Shown piece after piece: positions 36,739-38,307 of a stretch of DNA of 38,307 nucleotides (position 1 is the first letter of the stretch; the number at the start of each line of letters is the position of its first letter). Position numbers and translations under genes: made by a program. Below the pieces are notes generated by a model, which saw only the letters and a program-made list of their open reading frames with translations, was not told the DNA's origin and did not search any database. Origin of the DNA: a virus (lineage: Duplodnaviria > Caudoviricetes); IMG/VR virus record IMGVR_UViG_3300018018_000019, positions 1 to 38,307 of that record. One strand, 5' to 3'.

Positions 36739-37059
36739 TCAGAATTCGTCATTTTCTTCCTCTTCTCCTTGTCTCGCCTTCAAGTCGTTAATTCTGTCAT
36801 ATTTGGTCAATGCTTTACCAGCCGCCGTCATCAGCCGGGCGTATTTCATCGGGTCCCGTTTGGTCCAGGCGAATTGCGCCTCCTGGCTCATCGGCTCAAG
36901 CATCATTGTATGGCCGTCCGGGAATCCGATTCGCTGCGTGCCCTCGTCGTCCTCTAAAATTTCCGCGATGAATTGCGGCTGACTTGTGTGAACCATAAAC
37001 CATCTCTCGCACTTGACCTCTTCGGCAATCAGCCATTCAGGTAATCGTTTAGATTCCAT
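36739..37059 (-). CDS. Acidic hypothetical protein (moron gene 2)
   Basis: 106 aa, overlaps the upstream gene, RWFMVHTSQPQFIAEI. Confidence 0.75.
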   Translation of the reverse strand: MESKRLPEWLIAEEVKCERWFMVHTSQPQFIAEILEDDEGTQRIGFPDGHTMMLEPMSQEAQFAWTKRDPMKYARLMTAAGKALTKYDRINDLKARQGEEEENDEF

Positions 37060-37636
37060 ACGCCACCGCCTCTTCGACCGAGTACCCCTCGAACCACTTT
37101 TTAATTTGAGCGACTATCCCGCACGGGTCAGCAGGCACGCCCGCAGCCATCGCCTCTGTTATTTTTTCCTTTGTGATTTTCATCGCGGAACAGCGAGTCG
37201 TCAATGTGAGAGACTTGTTTTTTTTGCACTCATCCAAATAAACTTCGCGGCGGGCGGCCTCTTTTTTTTCCGCTTCTAATTTCGCTGCCAGTTTTTTGGC
37301 TTCTCGCGTCGCCGCTGCTTTTGCCTGAATTTGCTCCCGGCGAGCTAATCGAGCATCAATCATCTCATTGGTAAGTTCGTACCTCTCCTTCGCCAATTCG
37401 ATGGCATCATCGATATCATAATAATCAACAAGGTTGGCGTATTTGCTCACATGATGTGCCTCGCACGGCCCGATCTCTTCGAGCAATTCGCGGGCCTGCG
37501 CCTGCGTGATACCCGTGTGGGCCGCGAGCCGTAGAATCCCCCGGCTTAATGGTCTGCGGCCTTCACGCTCGGCCCCTCCTGCCCTGACCGAATAGCTGCT
37601 GCCTATATAACCAGATTGATTGTAGCTGACTGTCAT
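37049..37636 (-). CDS. Hypothetical protein (moron gene 1)
   Basis: AGGAG RBS; GYIGSSYSVRA...EAHHVSKYAN...YYD. Confidence 0.8.
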   Translation of the reverse strand: MTVSYNQSGYIGSSYSVRAGGAEREGRRPLSRGILRLAAHTGITQAQARELLEEIGPCEAHHVSKYANLVDYYDIDDAIELAKERYELTNEMIDARLARREQIQAKAAATREAKKLAAKLEAEKKEAARREVYLDECKKNKSLTLTTRCSAMKITKEKITEAMAAGVPADPCGIVAQIKKWFEGYSVEEAVAYGI

Positions 37637-37771
37637 AATTATTCTCCTAAAGGTGGCCCCGCCCGCCGCCGTCGCGGACGCTTGCCAGCAACCGCGAGCA
37701 AGCGACGGACTAAGGCCGTTAAGTTTTTTGGGAATTTTGGCAAGCGTTTTTAGTTTTCAAATAACGCAATC

Positions 37772-37799
37772 ATTATAACAGATTGATTTTTTTTGTCAA
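37772..37799 (-). promoter_or_regulatory. Consensus sigma70 promoter for the right-end moron
   Basis: Minus strand TTGACA-N16-TATAAT with TGn extension. Confidence 0.85.
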
Positions 37800-38133
37800 G
37801 CTCTTTTTTGCGATTTTTTAAAATATTTTTTCGGCCCGCATGTAGCAAACGGCGTGCCAGAGTGTAATTTAAGACATAGCCCCGCCTGGATTGCGGGGAG
37901 GCCAACCGGCGAATTGACTTGAAAACAAGCCAAAACCGGCCGTGGATTTTTTGTCCCTGTGGCTTTTCGTTCAGTTCTTGGCTAACCTGTCGCCAGGGTT
38001 ATTTGGTTTGTGATTTGGTATTAGGTTTTGAAATTTGGTTTTGGAAGGTCTTTTTTGTGATTCGTAATTTACGTATAACTGCCATTTCGTTACAGTTTAA
38101 ACGTCTTTTAAACACTTTGCAAGGCCGGGCGTT

Positions 38134-38307
38134 TATTGCCATATATATTGCAAGTATTTTTCAAATCCTCTGTTTTGTGCCACTATTATTTCATCCCGCC
38201 CACGTTCGCCTGATGTCGCGTAACCCCTTATAATCCCGCCGTTTGCCGTCGTTTCCCGCCCATTCCCGCCGTGTTGCGTCTATTGCCATTTATACGGTGA
38301 GTTAACA
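38134..38307 (-). repeat. Phage right end with candidate transposase-binding repeats and terminal CA
   Basis: TATTGCCAT 38134 and 38281, TGCCACTAT 38178, TCCCGCC 38194/38234/38254/38264, ends GTTAACA. Confidence 0.65.

Larger units (their letters stand above)
1..38307. mobile_element. Mu-like transposable phage/prophage, siphovirus-type tail, nearly complete
   Basis: MuA, MuB, Gam, GemA, gp25-27, Mu-type terminase and full head/tail modules; Mu-like size; right end terminates in CA. Confidence 0.93.

Noticed and set aside
37919-38233. 104-aa ORF near the right end
   Set aside because: TTG start, overlaps end repeats, low-complexity composition

Overview
The window is an essentially full-length (~38.3 kb) Mu-like transposable phage or prophage with a B3/BcepMu-style divergent layout. 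The leftward arm carries an early operon (small regulator, MuA DDE transposase, MuB ATPase, GemA, Gam, HNH-like and HTH genes) that runs directly into a cassette of tail-fibre/adhesin-like genes and a two-domain glycosyltransferase. The rightward arm carries secreted proteins and a lipoprotein, Mu gp25/26/27, a Mu-type terminase, an HK97-type portal fused to gpF, an HK97 protease and capsid, neck genes and a non-contractile tail. A two-gene moron lies near the right end, which finishes in ...CA with end repeats; the left TG terminus is not visible. Main oddities: (1) a ppGalNAc-transferase-like enzyme next to a Cys-rich protein with a poly-Thr tract; (2) signal-peptide proteins loaded with D-x-N/D-A-C motifs inside the morphogenesis operon; (3) a switch region with RHH-like rather than HTH regulators, a hairpin array, an antisense promoter and a 16-bp match to a late-leader terminator; (4) palindromic and short tandem repeats sitting in frame in core genes. 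A Planctomycetota (Phycisphaerae-like) host is only an inference. All calls are by eye; no searches were run.
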